Positions 9,088 through 18,998 of a stretch of DNA of 25,358 nucleotides are shown in pieces. The notes under the pieces are model-generated. The model did not search any database and was not told the origin of the DNA. It saw nothing but the letters and a program-made list of their open reading frames with translations. This DNA comes from Fidelibacterota bacterium (lineage in GTDB: Bacteria > Fidelibacterota > Marinisomatia > Marinisomatales > UBA2128): contig JBHHUM010000030.1 in the NCBI GenBank assembly GCA_046861645.1, positions 1 through 25,358 on the forward strand, read 5' to 3'. The position numbers were made by a program, and so were the translations under genes. The first letter of the stretch is position 1. Each line of letters opens with the position of its first letter.

Positions 9088-11268
9088 TCAGCGGACGATG
9101 GCAAATTTCCCTACGCGCTGCTTCCCCCCTGTTTCAACGATATAAATGTAGAGCCCGGGAGCCACCTCAGGTCCATCTTGATCAAGACCAGTACGTAGAT
9201 TCCACCATAGATTTCCTTCGTAGGGATCACTGTGCTTCAGGCTGGTGACCAATTCACCAGAAATGGTGTAGATAAGTATTCGACACTCGTTTGGCAGTCG
9301 GGTAAAACGAAGTAGTCGACTATCTGCTGTTTCGTTGAAGGCTGAATGTACAATATAAGGATTTGGTACCACACGAATTAGATCCAGATCATTTTCAGTA
9401 ACTTGGTGGGATTTACCAAACTCTCCCATATCCACAATCCAGGCATCTCCATCGGTAAAAAACTTCTCCATCTTAACAATAACATATTCCCCCTCCGACC
9501 AGGGATAATAAGGTATCCAAGGACTATCGTTCACACCATCACCATTATCATCGATAAAGCTGTAGGGTTCTACTCCAGAATTAACAGCTACCGCTTTCCA
9601 GGCCATGGCTCGCTGCCTGACGATAGCTCCTTCTACATAGCTGACTGAAGAGGACCAATCAGGCAATCCTGGAATTAAATCTTCTATATTGAAATCAAGA
9701 GAGAGTGAGAAAGAAGATACCGCAGTTAAAACACTATCAATTTCCAGTGTATCACCTTGAAATACCAGGGGCTCATTCCGTGTCCACTCACAATCTCCAA
9801 ATCCTTCAGAAGTCAATGGAGGTGGAAAGGAATATCCCTGGTCTTGATGTGTCAATCCTACCTTACGTCCAGTAGTCAGATTTGTAACTCTGATGGGTAC
9901 TTTAGTGAAGAAAGAACTACAGTAGAAAGCTTTTACTGAATCAGTAGGTGAGGAAAGCAGTTCAATTTTATAATCAAAATTCAACCGACGAGCAAACGCT
10001 GCTGAATTAAAGTAAATCAGTGTCCCAACTAAGGCATCAATGGTAGTACTGTCAGCATTCCAGATAAGAGTATCTATTAAAGCCCCCTGGTCTTCAGGAA
10101 CAAAGTCTTGAATATTCTGGAATCGAAAACGAATACCATCCAGTAATTTACTATCGCGATTTACCTCAGTAATTGATCGATAAAGGGGAGTTAAAATCTC
10201 AAACTCATTTTCAATAACACCGGGAAGATCTAAAAGAGAATCTATCTGGGACTCCGAAAGAGTATCGATACTATATGTATGCTCGTATTCAACTGGTTCC
10301 TGGCTGACGCTGTCGGTAATCTCATACACATAAACTACTGGATTCTCACAGGCCATTCCTTCGCCCGCTGTACTCCCTAAATCAGCCTGTATCTCAAATC
10401 GTAAGATGGCATCAGAAAGGCTATCACGATCGACAATGATATAGGAAATATTGCCTGTGCCAATTGTCCCTTCCTGTCGGATGAAAAAGGATTCAATATC
10501 CTCTTCGGATGGAAAGGAAACGTTACTGGCGTAGTACCCAGGAATTACCGTCATAAAATTTAAGTCGTTCTGGTTTGTCCCTTTAGGGCATTCCAGGCTG
10601 GGGTAACCTTGAGTAGGATTAGGTTTGCCATTCAACGAATCTGGTCCACTGTAATGGCCTGGGTTAGAGGGTGACCAAGTAGTATCGGCATACCATGTAG
10701 AATCTTCTTCATTCCAGAGATACTCCACCGTAAACGTCCTTAAACCCATATCATAAGCTACTACTGAATACGTGTATTCCACTCCATCTGTTACATTAGA
10801 ATCCACAAAGGTGTGTTGCAAGCCTGTATTACTACCCAGGTCAAATCGTGGATTAAGTGGATCAGGACCTGAAATCTCAATTTCCCGGTGGGGATCATTA
10901 GCAGCACAATCAGGATAATAAAGACAAAACTCCCTATCTTCCTCTGCGGTAAGATCAAACTGAGCGTAAGGTTTCCAACCAATGAATTTACCTTCATAAT
11001 CAAAAAGCATCTGATCGGGACCCCCCCAGGTGTTTCCACCATCAGTACTCTTGTAAATTCTGTAGCCCTCGAAATCAGCATAACTGGTCAGTGAATCTAT
11101 TGATGCCTCGGCATTACTATCCCATGCCAGGAAGACCCTATTATGACGAGTTGTAGCAAAGAGTCGTGGCGTATTCGGAGCTGAAAATCCGTTCTCTGCA
11201 TCCAAATTAGTTATTATCCCTGTCAAACAGTACAATAAGGCAATGATACTATGGGAACACATTTTCAT
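9088..11268 (-). CDS. Exported protein B with FN3-like domain, CBM5/12-like module and variant T9SS-like CTD
   Basis: Signal-like N-terminus ending LDA. FN3-like region VFLAWD...DFEGYRIYKSTDGGNTW...VTDGVEYTYSVVAYD. C-terminus IRVVPNPY...FTRLP...APGLYIY...GKFAIVR. Paralogous to 12321-15512. The start could be 11262. Confidence 0.8.
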   Translation of the reverse strand: MKMCSHSIIALLYCLTGIITNLDAENGFSAPNTPRLFATTRHNRVFLAWDSNAEASIDSLTSYADFEGYRIYKSTDGGNTWGGPDQMLFDYEGKFIGWKPYAQFDLTAEEDREFCLYYPDCAANDPHREIEISGPDPLNPRFDLGSNTGLQHTFVDSNVTDGVEYTYSVVAYDMGLRTFTVEYLWNEEDSTWYADTTWSPSNPGHYSGPDSLNGKPNPTQGYPSLECPKGTNQNDLNFMTVIPGYYASNVSFPSEEDIESFFIRQEGTIGTGNISYIIVDRDSLSDAILRFEIQADLGSTAGEGMACENPVVYVYEITDSVSQEPVEYEHTYSIDTLSESQIDSLLDLPGVIENEFEILTPLYRSITEVNRDSKLLDGIRFRFQNIQDFVPEDQGALIDTLIWNADSTTIDALVGTLIYFNSAAFARRLNFDYKIELLSSPTDSVKAFYCSSFFTKVPIRVTNLTTGRKVGLTHQDQGYSFPPPLTSEGFGDCEWTRNEPLVFQGDTLEIDSVLTAVSSFSLSLDFNIEDLIPGLPDWSSSVSYVEGAIVRQRAMAWKAVAVNSGVEPYSFIDDNGDGVNDSPWIPYYPWSEGEYVIVKMEKFFTDGDAWIVDMGEFGKSHQVTENDLDLIRVVPNPYIVHSAFNETADSRLLRFTRLPNECRILIYTISGELVTSLKHSDPYEGNLWWNLRTGLDQDGPEVAPGLYIYIVETGGKQRVGKFAIVR

Positions 11269-11292
11269 CGTGGCAACACTCAGTTAATCCGA

Positions 11293-12324
11293 TTAGAATT
11301 CCAGACCAATACTGACCTGATGCATTAATTTTAATATATTGTAATCGACTAAAGCATAGTCCACTCTAGCTGATAGGCGACCTAATTTGATTAGGAGACC
11401 ACCACCAGCAGCAAATCCAGCTGTGTCGTGTCCAATGTTAGCTCCCGCTCGGATAAAAGCCATTTCTTTGAAAGAATATTCGATACCGGCATTGCCGTGG
11501 ATGGTATAATCAGTAGGATTCGTGCCATCCAGTGCGATTGTCAAACGGTGCGTGGAATTTTTGATAGTAGCTTCAGGTGAGGGACCCATGATATCTTTCT
11601 GCAAGCCTAAGCGAAACATCAAAGGTAGGGGAAAACTTTCCGTCACTTTACTGAGACGTCCTTCCACATCCAGACTGTCTGCCACGGGAATCTGTAAACC
11701 TTTCCCACTGTACTGAACTTCAGGACCAAAATTAGAAACACTCATACCCAACACAATGCCAAACACACCCGTATTAAAATTTGACCCAACATCAAAAGCA
11801 ACAGATTGCATGTTAGTGGTATAAATTTCATCACGAATATAATTGAGGGTAATCCCAACCTTCAACCGGTCCGTCATTCTGCGGGCATAAGCCAGACGAA
11901 AAGACATTGAGATGACATGATAATCCTCTCCCGTTCCGTTTGAAAAATCCTCGGTAGTTACTCCAATGGGACCGGAGTCGAGATAAAAGAGGTTGATGCC
12001 AAAGTAGTCGTTAGCCGACAGACGCTTTCCATAGGACAATACATTATAAGTAATATCGGCAATATAGTTTGTTTGGGACAAGTAAACCTCCGACCCTTGG
12101 AGATAAGCTACAGCAGCGGGATTGTAAGGTATGGCACTGACACCTTGCCCTACCGCTACGAAGGTGCCTCCCATTCCCGCAGCCCGGGTACTCGTACCTA
12201 ATTTTAACCAATTGCCCGCTGTAGTCGCCACTTTGGTTACGACTTCGGGTATATCTCTATATTGAGCTGGTAATAAACTCAACAGGACTAGACTTAGAAC
12301 TATTGTTCGATACAGTTTTCTCAT
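11293..12324 (-). CDS. PorV/PorQ-family (FadL-like) outer-membrane beta-barrel
   Basis: Likely start is ATG 12324, overlapping the upstream TGA (ATGA), which gives a signal peptide. Family motifs WLKLGTSTRAAGMG and IPYNPAAVA, alternating beta-strands, C-terminal VSIGLEF (terminal Phe). 343 aa. Confidence 0.88.
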   Translation of the reverse strand: MRKLYRTIVLSLVLLSLLPAQYRDIPEVVTKVATTAGNWLKLGTSTRAAGMGGTFVAVGQGVSAIPYNPAAVAYLQGSEVYLSQTNYIADITYNVLSYGKRLSANDYFGINLFYLDSGPIGVTTEDFSNGTGEDYHVISMSFRLAYARRMTDRLKVGITLNYIRDEIYTTNMQSVAFDVGSNFNTGVFGIVLGMSVSNFGPEVQYSGKGLQIPVADSLDVEGRLSKVTESFPLPLMFRLGLQKDIMGPSPEATIKNSTHRLTIALDGTNPTDYTIHGNAGIEYSFKEMAFIRAGANIGHDTAGFAAGGGLLIKLGRLSARVDYALVDYNILKLMHQVSIGLEF

Positions 12325-15300
12325 CTTACCACCGCAAATTTCCCTATCTGTTTTTGACTCCCGGACTCCACTACATAGATATAGAGTCCCGGGCTGATTT
12401 CCTGATTGTTTACAGTACGCATATCCCAAAAATAATTGCCATTATCTGGATCAGAATGCTTCAGGGTAGTCACTTTCTCTCCCGTTACCGTAAAAACTGT
12501 AATTTTGCACTCCTCCGGGAGGTTGGTAAATCGAATTTGTCGCAAGTACTCTGTCTCAGAAAAACCTGAACGCTGCATGTAGGGATTGGGGACCACTTTA
12601 ATTTTACTTAAGTCACTCTGTGGAGGTGATCCAGGACGGACCACTACAAAATTTGCATCTAAAACAGTTGTCCCCCTGGAATTTTCTATGGAAGCATATC
12701 CAGCAGGTGCTGACCAGTCATCTGGATTGGCAAAGCCAGGAATAGTATCCGGAATAAATCCCCCACTGCCATCAGGATACCATTCCACCACAAACGGAGC
12801 TTCCACGCCCATATCGTAGGCAGTAACCGAGTAAGTGTATTCCATTCCATCGACAACATTGGAGTCAATGAATACATAATTGTATTCTTTACCATCAATG
12901 ATCACAGGTTGAGGTAAACGAATATTATCAAAACCAGTATCTCTACCTAGACTGAACCAGGGTGCTTGTGGATCAGGCCCACTGATGCTTCGATTCCGAT
13001 TTTCCCCGACGGAGCAGGTATCATTTTCGTATACACAATGTACGGAATCTTCATAGGCACTTAAATCAAATTGAGCATAAGGCTGCCAACCAACAAGAAC
13101 ATCACTAATATCATATATCCGTTTTTCATTAGAGCCCCAGGTAATGCCTCCATCTCGACTGCGATAGATCTTATAACCCTCAAAATCAGCATAACTCGTT
13201 ACCACATCCTTTGAACTTTCAGCAGTATCGTCCCAATACAGGATCACCTGACTGTGATCCACCTCAGCATGGACATTTGGCCTGGTAGGGGGAGTGTAAC
13301 CCTGGTAATGGGAATTATACATAATCTGGGCAAAAGTAGCATTCTTAATCAGATCTTCGTGATCTTCACCAAAAATAATAGAGAAAGAAAAGGGTACTTC
13401 TTCACCAACAGCAAGATCAAACGGGCCACAGCTCATAATTAAAACACAATCCAATCCTTCTTCACCGCTCAGGAAGGCATCTTCCCTCTCCAATCCTTCT
13501 AAGGAGTCGAAGTGAGGATTTAATTCAGAACCAAGATCGGTATCAGGGTTTTTGGTATGGAAGAACCAGGCGTGTTCATTCTCACTTAGGTTTACTGTAT
13601 CACCCTGAATGACCTTTAATAAGATTTCTTCCTTGTTCCTGGCTTGAGGCCTACCCTGATCACCTGCACAACAGTTATTGTTACTCTCTCTACTTACTAC
13701 ACCCGGTCGATTATACCAATCAAACCAGTGCCAATCGGTCATTTTCAGCGGTTCACCAGGAAAAATATCTGGAAAACCATCCAAGTCTAAATCCACCTCA
13801 TCCGTAGCCAGTGGAGAATCAAGAAGTTGTGTGGCAACAATACCTAGATTTGTAGCAGGTCCACTAATTCCATCATAATCATAGATAAGAGCCATACTGA
13901 TACGGAGTTCCTCACCACCAACCTCAGGACATCCATTTGGAAAAAATTCTGAGGATTCCTCACTTAAACAGTCGATATACTCCATGAAATCATCGGCATT
14001 AGTATGGATGGCACTACTAAAACCATTAATATCACCCATAGCAGCGTCAGCATCCATATAGAAACCCAGGGATATATCCTTGTAATCAAATCCTCGTCCA
14101 CGGTTGAGCTTAGTACCATCGGGCATAATCATTCCTTCTCCACTGAGCTGCACCCCGTTTTCATCGAGAATGGGAATCCGATTGCCACTATTGTCCCTTT
14201 CAAAAGCAGACCAATCACCACTTTCGTTTCTGACTCGTACAGTCACAAACATGATATCCTCTGCGTAAGAAACACCATAGGAATGGGCTTCGGCCATTAC
14301 CCGCAGTCCTAGTGGGTAACCGGTCTGTTCATATTCATTATTGGTATTAACCATATTGGCACGGTGTGCCCATCGATCGTCAAATTCCATATAGACATCG
14401 GTATCGGATATGAACCTTCCCGGTACCACCTTCCAACAATCTGGGTCCTTCCTCGACCCGCTACAATTGGTGATGTCCTCCTCATCCCATAATTCAGGCT
14501 TATCCCCAAAATAATCTTCTGCCCACCACCCTGGCCAGAAAGATTCAAAATTACCCGTTTCATCACTATAAGCCGTCGGCCAGGTCTGAGAATAATTACT
14601 GTGTGCCAGAAGCGGATAGGTATCCCCAGCATCAGTGAAGGGAGTATCGCTGAAGATATCTCCAGCTGTTATATCAGTATTATGAGTGTTAATTCGGGCA
14701 TTGGTTGAAGCATGCCAATCAGTATTTTTAGAGGGACTCCAGCGGGTAAACCACGATTCGGATACAGTTGCACCATAATAAAAATATTCATCATCCGTTG
14801 TCCATTCTTCCTTATCAGACCCGTATTCATATACATCAAAATCATCCGTTCTTTCCTTAAGCTTGGGGCGTAAAGCCCAGGGACGGATTAAGCCAATTTT
14901 ACTCACCGATCTATTAGGATCAGTTTCACCTGCTACACTGATAAATATTTTCCCTTGCTCATCATCAATTCCCCACTGAAAGGAATCCGTGATATCGTCC
15001 AAAGATGATTTTTTGGCAAGACTATCAGGATACCAGGTACCTCCATCATTCTCAGCATCGAAAACGATACCGACGAAGTTAGTATCTCCATCTTCAAACC
15101 AGGCTTGAAATGCATCCTCAGACTCCCATGTCTGACGGATAACAACACCTCCACTCTCAATCGTTTCGTATATCAACCAGGTAAAACGAGATGAGTAGGC
15201 TTGTCCGGGTACACCTGCCAGGAAGCTTACTGCCGGCAAGTAGGAATAATCACCCCACAAGCCAGCAGGATGTTCATCCCAGTTAATGAAATTTCCATAG

Positions 15301-15512
15301 TTGGATACTGCATTTTTTACCTTCCCCTGCAAAAGAAATCCCTTTGCCCTATCGTTCATAGGATTGGTAGGAAAAGGATAATCTCCTATTTTCAATACTG
15401 GTCTGGGACTATAACTACCCAGGGGTTCACCTGATTTTCCAGGTCCCTGTCGTTCCGCAGCAGAAAGCAGAATAGTAGCCATGAATAATATCCCTGTAGT
15501 TTTAATCTTCAT
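12321..15512 (-). CDS. Exported protein A: large acidic N-terminal domain, FN3-like domain and variant T9SS-like CTD
   Basis: ATG 15512, 4 nt after the TBDR stop, gives a signal peptide (MKIKTTGILFMATILLSA). FN3-like region VILYWD...DFEGYKIYRSRDGGITW...YTYSVTAYD. C-terminus IKVVPNPY...FTNLP...SPGLYIY...GKFAVVR. Confidence 0.82.
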   Translation of the reverse strand: MKIKTTGILFMATILLSAAERQGPGKSGEPLGSYSPRPVLKIGDYPFPTNPMNDRAKGFLLQGKVKNAVSNYGNFINWDEHPAGLWGDYSYLPAVSFLAGVPGQAYSSRFTWLIYETIESGGVVIRQTWESEDAFQAWFEDGDTNFVGIVFDAENDGGTWYPDSLAKKSSLDDITDSFQWGIDDEQGKIFISVAGETDPNRSVSKIGLIRPWALRPKLKERTDDFDVYEYGSDKEEWTTDDEYFYYGATVSESWFTRWSPSKNTDWHASTNARINTHNTDITAGDIFSDTPFTDAGDTYPLLAHSNYSQTWPTAYSDETGNFESFWPGWWAEDYFGDKPELWDEEDITNCSGSRKDPDCWKVVPGRFISDTDVYMEFDDRWAHRANMVNTNNEYEQTGYPLGLRVMAEAHSYGVSYAEDIMFVTVRVRNESGDWSAFERDNSGNRIPILDENGVQLSGEGMIMPDGTKLNRGRGFDYKDISLGFYMDADAAMGDINGFSSAIHTNADDFMEYIDCLSEESSEFFPNGCPEVGGEELRISMALIYDYDGISGPATNLGIVATQLLDSPLATDEVDLDLDGFPDIFPGEPLKMTDWHWFDWYNRPGVVSRESNNNCCAGDQGRPQARNKEEILLKVIQGDTVNLSENEHAWFFHTKNPDTDLGSELNPHFDSLEGLEREDAFLSGEEGLDCVLIMSCGPFDLAVGEEVPFSFSIIFGEDHEDLIKNATFAQIMYNSHYQGYTPPTRPNVHAEVDHSQVILYWDDTAESSKDVVTSYADFEGYKIYRSRDGGITWGSNEKRIYDISDVLVGWQPYAQFDLSAYEDSVHCVYENDTCSVGENRNRSISGPDPQAPWFSLGRDTGFDNIRLPQPVIIDGKEYNYVFIDSNVVDGMEYTYSVTAYDMGVEAPFVVEWYPDGSGGFIPDTIPGFANPDDWSAPAGYASIENSRGTTVLDANFVVVRPGSPPQSDLSKIKVVPNPYMQRSGFSETEYLRQIRFTNLPEECKITVFTVTGEKVTTLKHSDPDNGNYFWDMRTVNNQEISPGLYIYVVESGSQKQIGKFAVVR

Positions 15513-15516
15513 CAGT

Positions 15517-18500
15517 TTAATCAAACTCAATTTTCACAAAAAAATTAATCTCCCGAGGAGTGGAAAAATACCAGGGTTGATCAAAGAATGAATTAGAGAG
15601 ATAAGCTCTTACACCAGCACCATTGGGATCAGATCCGGGTAGACCTACATAATTAGTATAAAAACTACCTGGATCATCTGGTTTTCCCGTGAGTGGCCAA
15701 ATATCTATCGCATTCCTGAGATCGAAAAGGTTGAATATATTCAATCCCAGTAAGATGCTCTGTTTCCCGTAACTGATCCCTTTGGAAAAAGAAAGATTAA
15801 AGTTTATGTAATCGGGTGATCGTTTTGAGTACTGATTTTTAATATCCAGAGTCGGTTCACGATCCCCCTTTTTATAGATGTAGGGCGTATAGGGGTATCC
15901 TGATTGAAAGAAGCCGGTAATACCGGAACGAATTCCGAAAGGTAAAAACGTGTACAGTGAAAGGGTTAGATCATGAGTACGGTCGTAAGGCATCAGGAAT
16001 TCCTGGGAGGGGGCATCAACAAAGACTGTTCCTTCGGCAGCCCAGTCGTGTGCTTTAATAGCTTTATCAACCGAAAAAGTGTATTGAAGCAAACCACTTA
16101 ATCCTCTACCTCGACGCTCTAATGTGAAATCTACTCCCTTAGCTCCCCCATAATCTCCGTTATCAAAAACCTGATATTCATAGACACCTGAGCGACTGTT
16201 TTTAAATGTCAACCATTGATCTATATCTTTTACCCAGGCAGCAATACTGTAGCTCCACTGTCTTCCGACTTGAACATTATAACCCAACGCATAAGATTGT
16301 GTCCGTTGAGCGCCCATGGTAGCATTGCCAAGTCTCCCTTCACTTTCCTGGAAAAGTTCCTCCGGATCCTCCAGACGATTCGTGTTCAAATAAACATTCA
16401 TATAAATTGGAGTCTGATAGTAAACCCCGTAATTAAAGGTAAAGGTCGATCGGTCAGTAATAATATGACTAATTCCTATCCGGGGACTAAATTTGTAGAA
16501 CCAGCGAGCATCGGTGAAAAGAACTTTTTGATGAGCCAATCCAGCTAATTCGCTTACTTCTTCTTCCTCATCCCAAACTCCGTTCTCATTTTCATCGGAA
16601 TAATACCACGGTTTACCCGGAGACATTTTTCCTTCTGGATCAGCCCAAATCTGGGTTCTATAGTTAACGCCATCAACTCGCACCCCGGCATTGATTACCA
16701 TCCATGGTACTTCAAAGGTACTCTGGATATAAGCTGAGAGCTCAACCGGCTCGCGATAGTCATCCCACTTACCATTCTTATTGGCATCGGTGAAGGCTTC
16801 TCCTTCATCCCAACGCCCGTTCCCTTCCCCGGGATCTGCCACTACATAATCCACGTCCGTTGGCATAAGCCCGTCCGGCCCAGTATCCTCCCAGAATTCT
16901 GCAAAAGTCTGGATGAATGCTCCCGTACCCAACCAGGGTTCCTTCACTTCATAAAAGTTAAGCCGATGTGATTTCAGATCAATACCGCTTCGCAGTTTAA
17001 ACTCATTCGTAACCTGTGTAGTAATATCAAACCGAAGCTCATTAGTAACCGCTTTAGAAGTTGAATAGAAACGGTCATGACCCCCGAAAACATGGCCCTC
17101 CAACCAACTCCAACCCCCCGCGGCTGAAGGTAAATAGTAGTTGTAGTCATCTGGCTCACCCCCATACAAGAGTACCTCTAAAAGAGAATCGGGATAATTT
17201 TCACCATAAGGATCCTGAGCATAATATTGCCAGATATGAAAAAAATCAAAAAAGTTCTGATAATTTTCATACATCTCTGGTGCTAACCAGTAAGAGCCGT
17301 CCCTTTTTTGCAATGCTTCCACCAATTCAGGACCATCCCAGGTACCATCTTCGTCCAGGTCTATCCAGGGTTCACCCTCTTCCCAGATACCATTCCCATT
17401 CATATCTGTAAATTCTTCAGCTACCTCCCAGTTATAAACCCCCGGTTTAGCTCCCAGGTACCAGCCACTCCGTTCATCTTTCATCGTATAGAAGAGGGTA
17501 TCACCATTCTCAGAGATGGAATAGGGTACTACATAGGGATCATAGGGATCTGACATGCCCCGGTCTGGCCCGGCAGAATGTCTCCACTCGTACCAGTCCG
17601 GATATCCATCATTATCACTGTCATACCAACGAACTCCCTGAAACTGATCCTGAACAAAGCGAGCAGCGCGGAGGGTGTAAAATGTTCGGCTGGAGAGGGA
17701 ATGGTTCAGTTCAATGGTAAATCGCTGTGTATCTCGGAATAATTCGTTCTGGCCTTGATCCCAGTAGAGATACCGAGGGTTGAAACCCTTACGGTGAGCC
17801 TTAAGGTTCCAGAAGGAAAAGTTGAACCGAAGTTTAGAAGAAAATATGTAAGTAAGTTTCCCAAAGATATCCTGTGTTTTATCACTACCAAATCCTCTAA
17901 AACCCGCTACTTGATCCCAAGGTTGTACCATATTATTACGGTTTTCGTTAAGAATCTTCTGATAATCCGGGTGATTGACATCTGGAGGATCCAGGTAATG
18001 TTCCTGCCCGGGTAACAGTTTGTAAATGATATTGTCAAATTCATAAACCCGGTAGGAGTCACTATTGGTAAACTGACCTGAGAACCAGTATTTTAGATTC
18101 CTGATACCAAGTAGGGTACCTCCAAAACCTATATTATAATCGTGGTAACCCCGCAAATCGTCGTATTTCGATCCTAGGAGCGCTCCCACTAAACTGGTTT
18201 CGTACTTGAATCGATACACAAAATCTTCTGTACCTGAGTTGGTATGCATATTGGATACAGCCGACATGGCATCACCATACTCAGCATTAAAACCGCCCGG
18301 TTGCCAATCAAATTCCTTCACTGCAAATAGATTTAAACGGGTTCCATTCCCGATACCACCATATATAGGATTGCGGATGTAAAGTCCATCGATCATATAG
18401 GCAATTTCACCAGAGCGACCTCCTCGTACGTGAATCTCTTCCAGGCCCCGCTCTTCATGATCTGGAATCCCTTCCCGGCGGCTCTCTACCTTGATAACTC

Positions 18501-18966
18501 CTGATTGCAGTGTATATAATTCATTCAGATCACGCATAGGCAAAGAAGCAATGGCTTCACTTTCTATCGTTACTTTTTTAGATGTGGAAGTTTTTTCCAC
18601 CATGGGTCTTTCGGCTATGACATTTACTTCCTCCCCAATTTGCAGCTCTATAGGCAGCTTAAAATTCAACCACACTGATTGATCCATCTTGACCACTACA
18701 TCCGACACCACCTGTCGTTGATATCCCATCATCATGACATTTACATCATAGGTACCAACCGGTACATTAAGAATGATATAGTCTCCGTTGACATCTGCTA
18801 CGGCACCCAACGAGAGATCCTGAATGAATACTTGAGCACCGGGTAAGGCAGTACCTTCCATATCCGTCACTCGACCACGAATGGTACCATCTGTTCCGGC
18901 TAATAGTAACGATCCAGAAAAAATAAGTACTCCTATCCTGGTAACTGTATTATTCAAGCTCTTCAT
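15517..18966 (-). CDS. TonB-dependent receptor with N-terminal carboxypeptidase-regulatory-like domain and acidic loop insertions
   Basis: N-terminal GTIRGRVTD...LPGAQV...GDYIILNVPVGTY, plug motifs HVRGGRSGEIAYMIDG and GGFNAEYG, barrel motifs INAGVRVD, FSPRIGIS and LGLNIFNLFD, end PREINFFVKIEFD. ATG 18966 has SD GGGTGA. Confidence 0.93.
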   Translation of the reverse strand: MKSLNNTVTRIGVLIFSGSLLLAGTDGTIRGRVTDMEGTALPGAQVFIQDLSLGAVADVNGDYIILNVPVGTYDVNVMMMGYQRQVVSDVVVKMDQSVWLNFKLPIELQIGEEVNVIAERPMVEKTSTSKKVTIESEAIASLPMRDLNELYTLQSGVIKVESRREGIPDHEERGLEEIHVRGGRSGEIAYMIDGLYIRNPIYGGIGNGTRLNLFAVKEFDWQPGGFNAEYGDAMSAVSNMHTNSGTEDFVYRFKYETSLVGALLGSKYDDLRGYHDYNIGFGGTLLGIRNLKYWFSGQFTNSDSYRVYEFDNIIYKLLPGQEHYLDPPDVNHPDYQKILNENRNNMVQPWDQVAGFRGFGSDKTQDIFGKLTYIFSSKLRFNFSFWNLKAHRKGFNPRYLYWDQGQNELFRDTQRFTIELNHSLSSRTFYTLRAARFVQDQFQGVRWYDSDNDGYPDWYEWRHSAGPDRGMSDPYDPYVVPYSISENGDTLFYTMKDERSGWYLGAKPGVYNWEVAEEFTDMNGNGIWEEGEPWIDLDEDGTWDGPELVEALQKRDGSYWLAPEMYENYQNFFDFFHIWQYYAQDPYGENYPDSLLEVLLYGGEPDDYNYYLPSAAGGWSWLEGHVFGGHDRFYSTSKAVTNELRFDITTQVTNEFKLRSGIDLKSHRLNFYEVKEPWLGTGAFIQTFAEFWEDTGPDGLMPTDVDYVVADPGEGNGRWDEGEAFTDANKNGKWDDYREPVELSAYIQSTFEVPWMVINAGVRVDGVNYRTQIWADPEGKMSPGKPWYYSDENENGVWDEEEEVSELAGLAHQKVLFTDARWFYKFSPRIGISHIITDRSTFTFNYGVYYQTPIYMNVYLNTNRLEDPEELFQESEGRLGNATMGAQRTQSYALGYNVQVGRQWSYSIAAWVKDIDQWLTFKNSRSGVYEYQVFDNGDYGGAKGVDFTLERRGRGLSGLLQYTFSVDKAIKAHDWAAEGTVFVDAPSQEFLMPYDRTHDLTLSLYTFLPFGIRSGITGFFQSGYPYTPYIYKKGDREPTLDIKNQYSKRSPDYINFNLSFSKGISYGKQSILLGLNIFNLFDLRNAIDIWPLTGKPDDPGSFYTNYVGLPGSDPNGAGVRAYLSNSFFDQPWYFSTPREINFFVKIEFD

Positions 18967-18998
18967 TCTGAAATTCACCCGGACAAAGATATTCACTA

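Noticed and set aside
11293..12324. Assigning the gene symbol porV
   Set aside because: It shows family-level motifs only. There is no adjacent porU, and the context suggests a paralog instead of the housekeeping PorV.
12325..12429. 35-aa N-terminal extension of the barrel ORF overlapping protein A
   Set aside because: ATG 12324 gives a clean signal peptide and an ATGA coupling, so the extension is an ORF-calling artefact.
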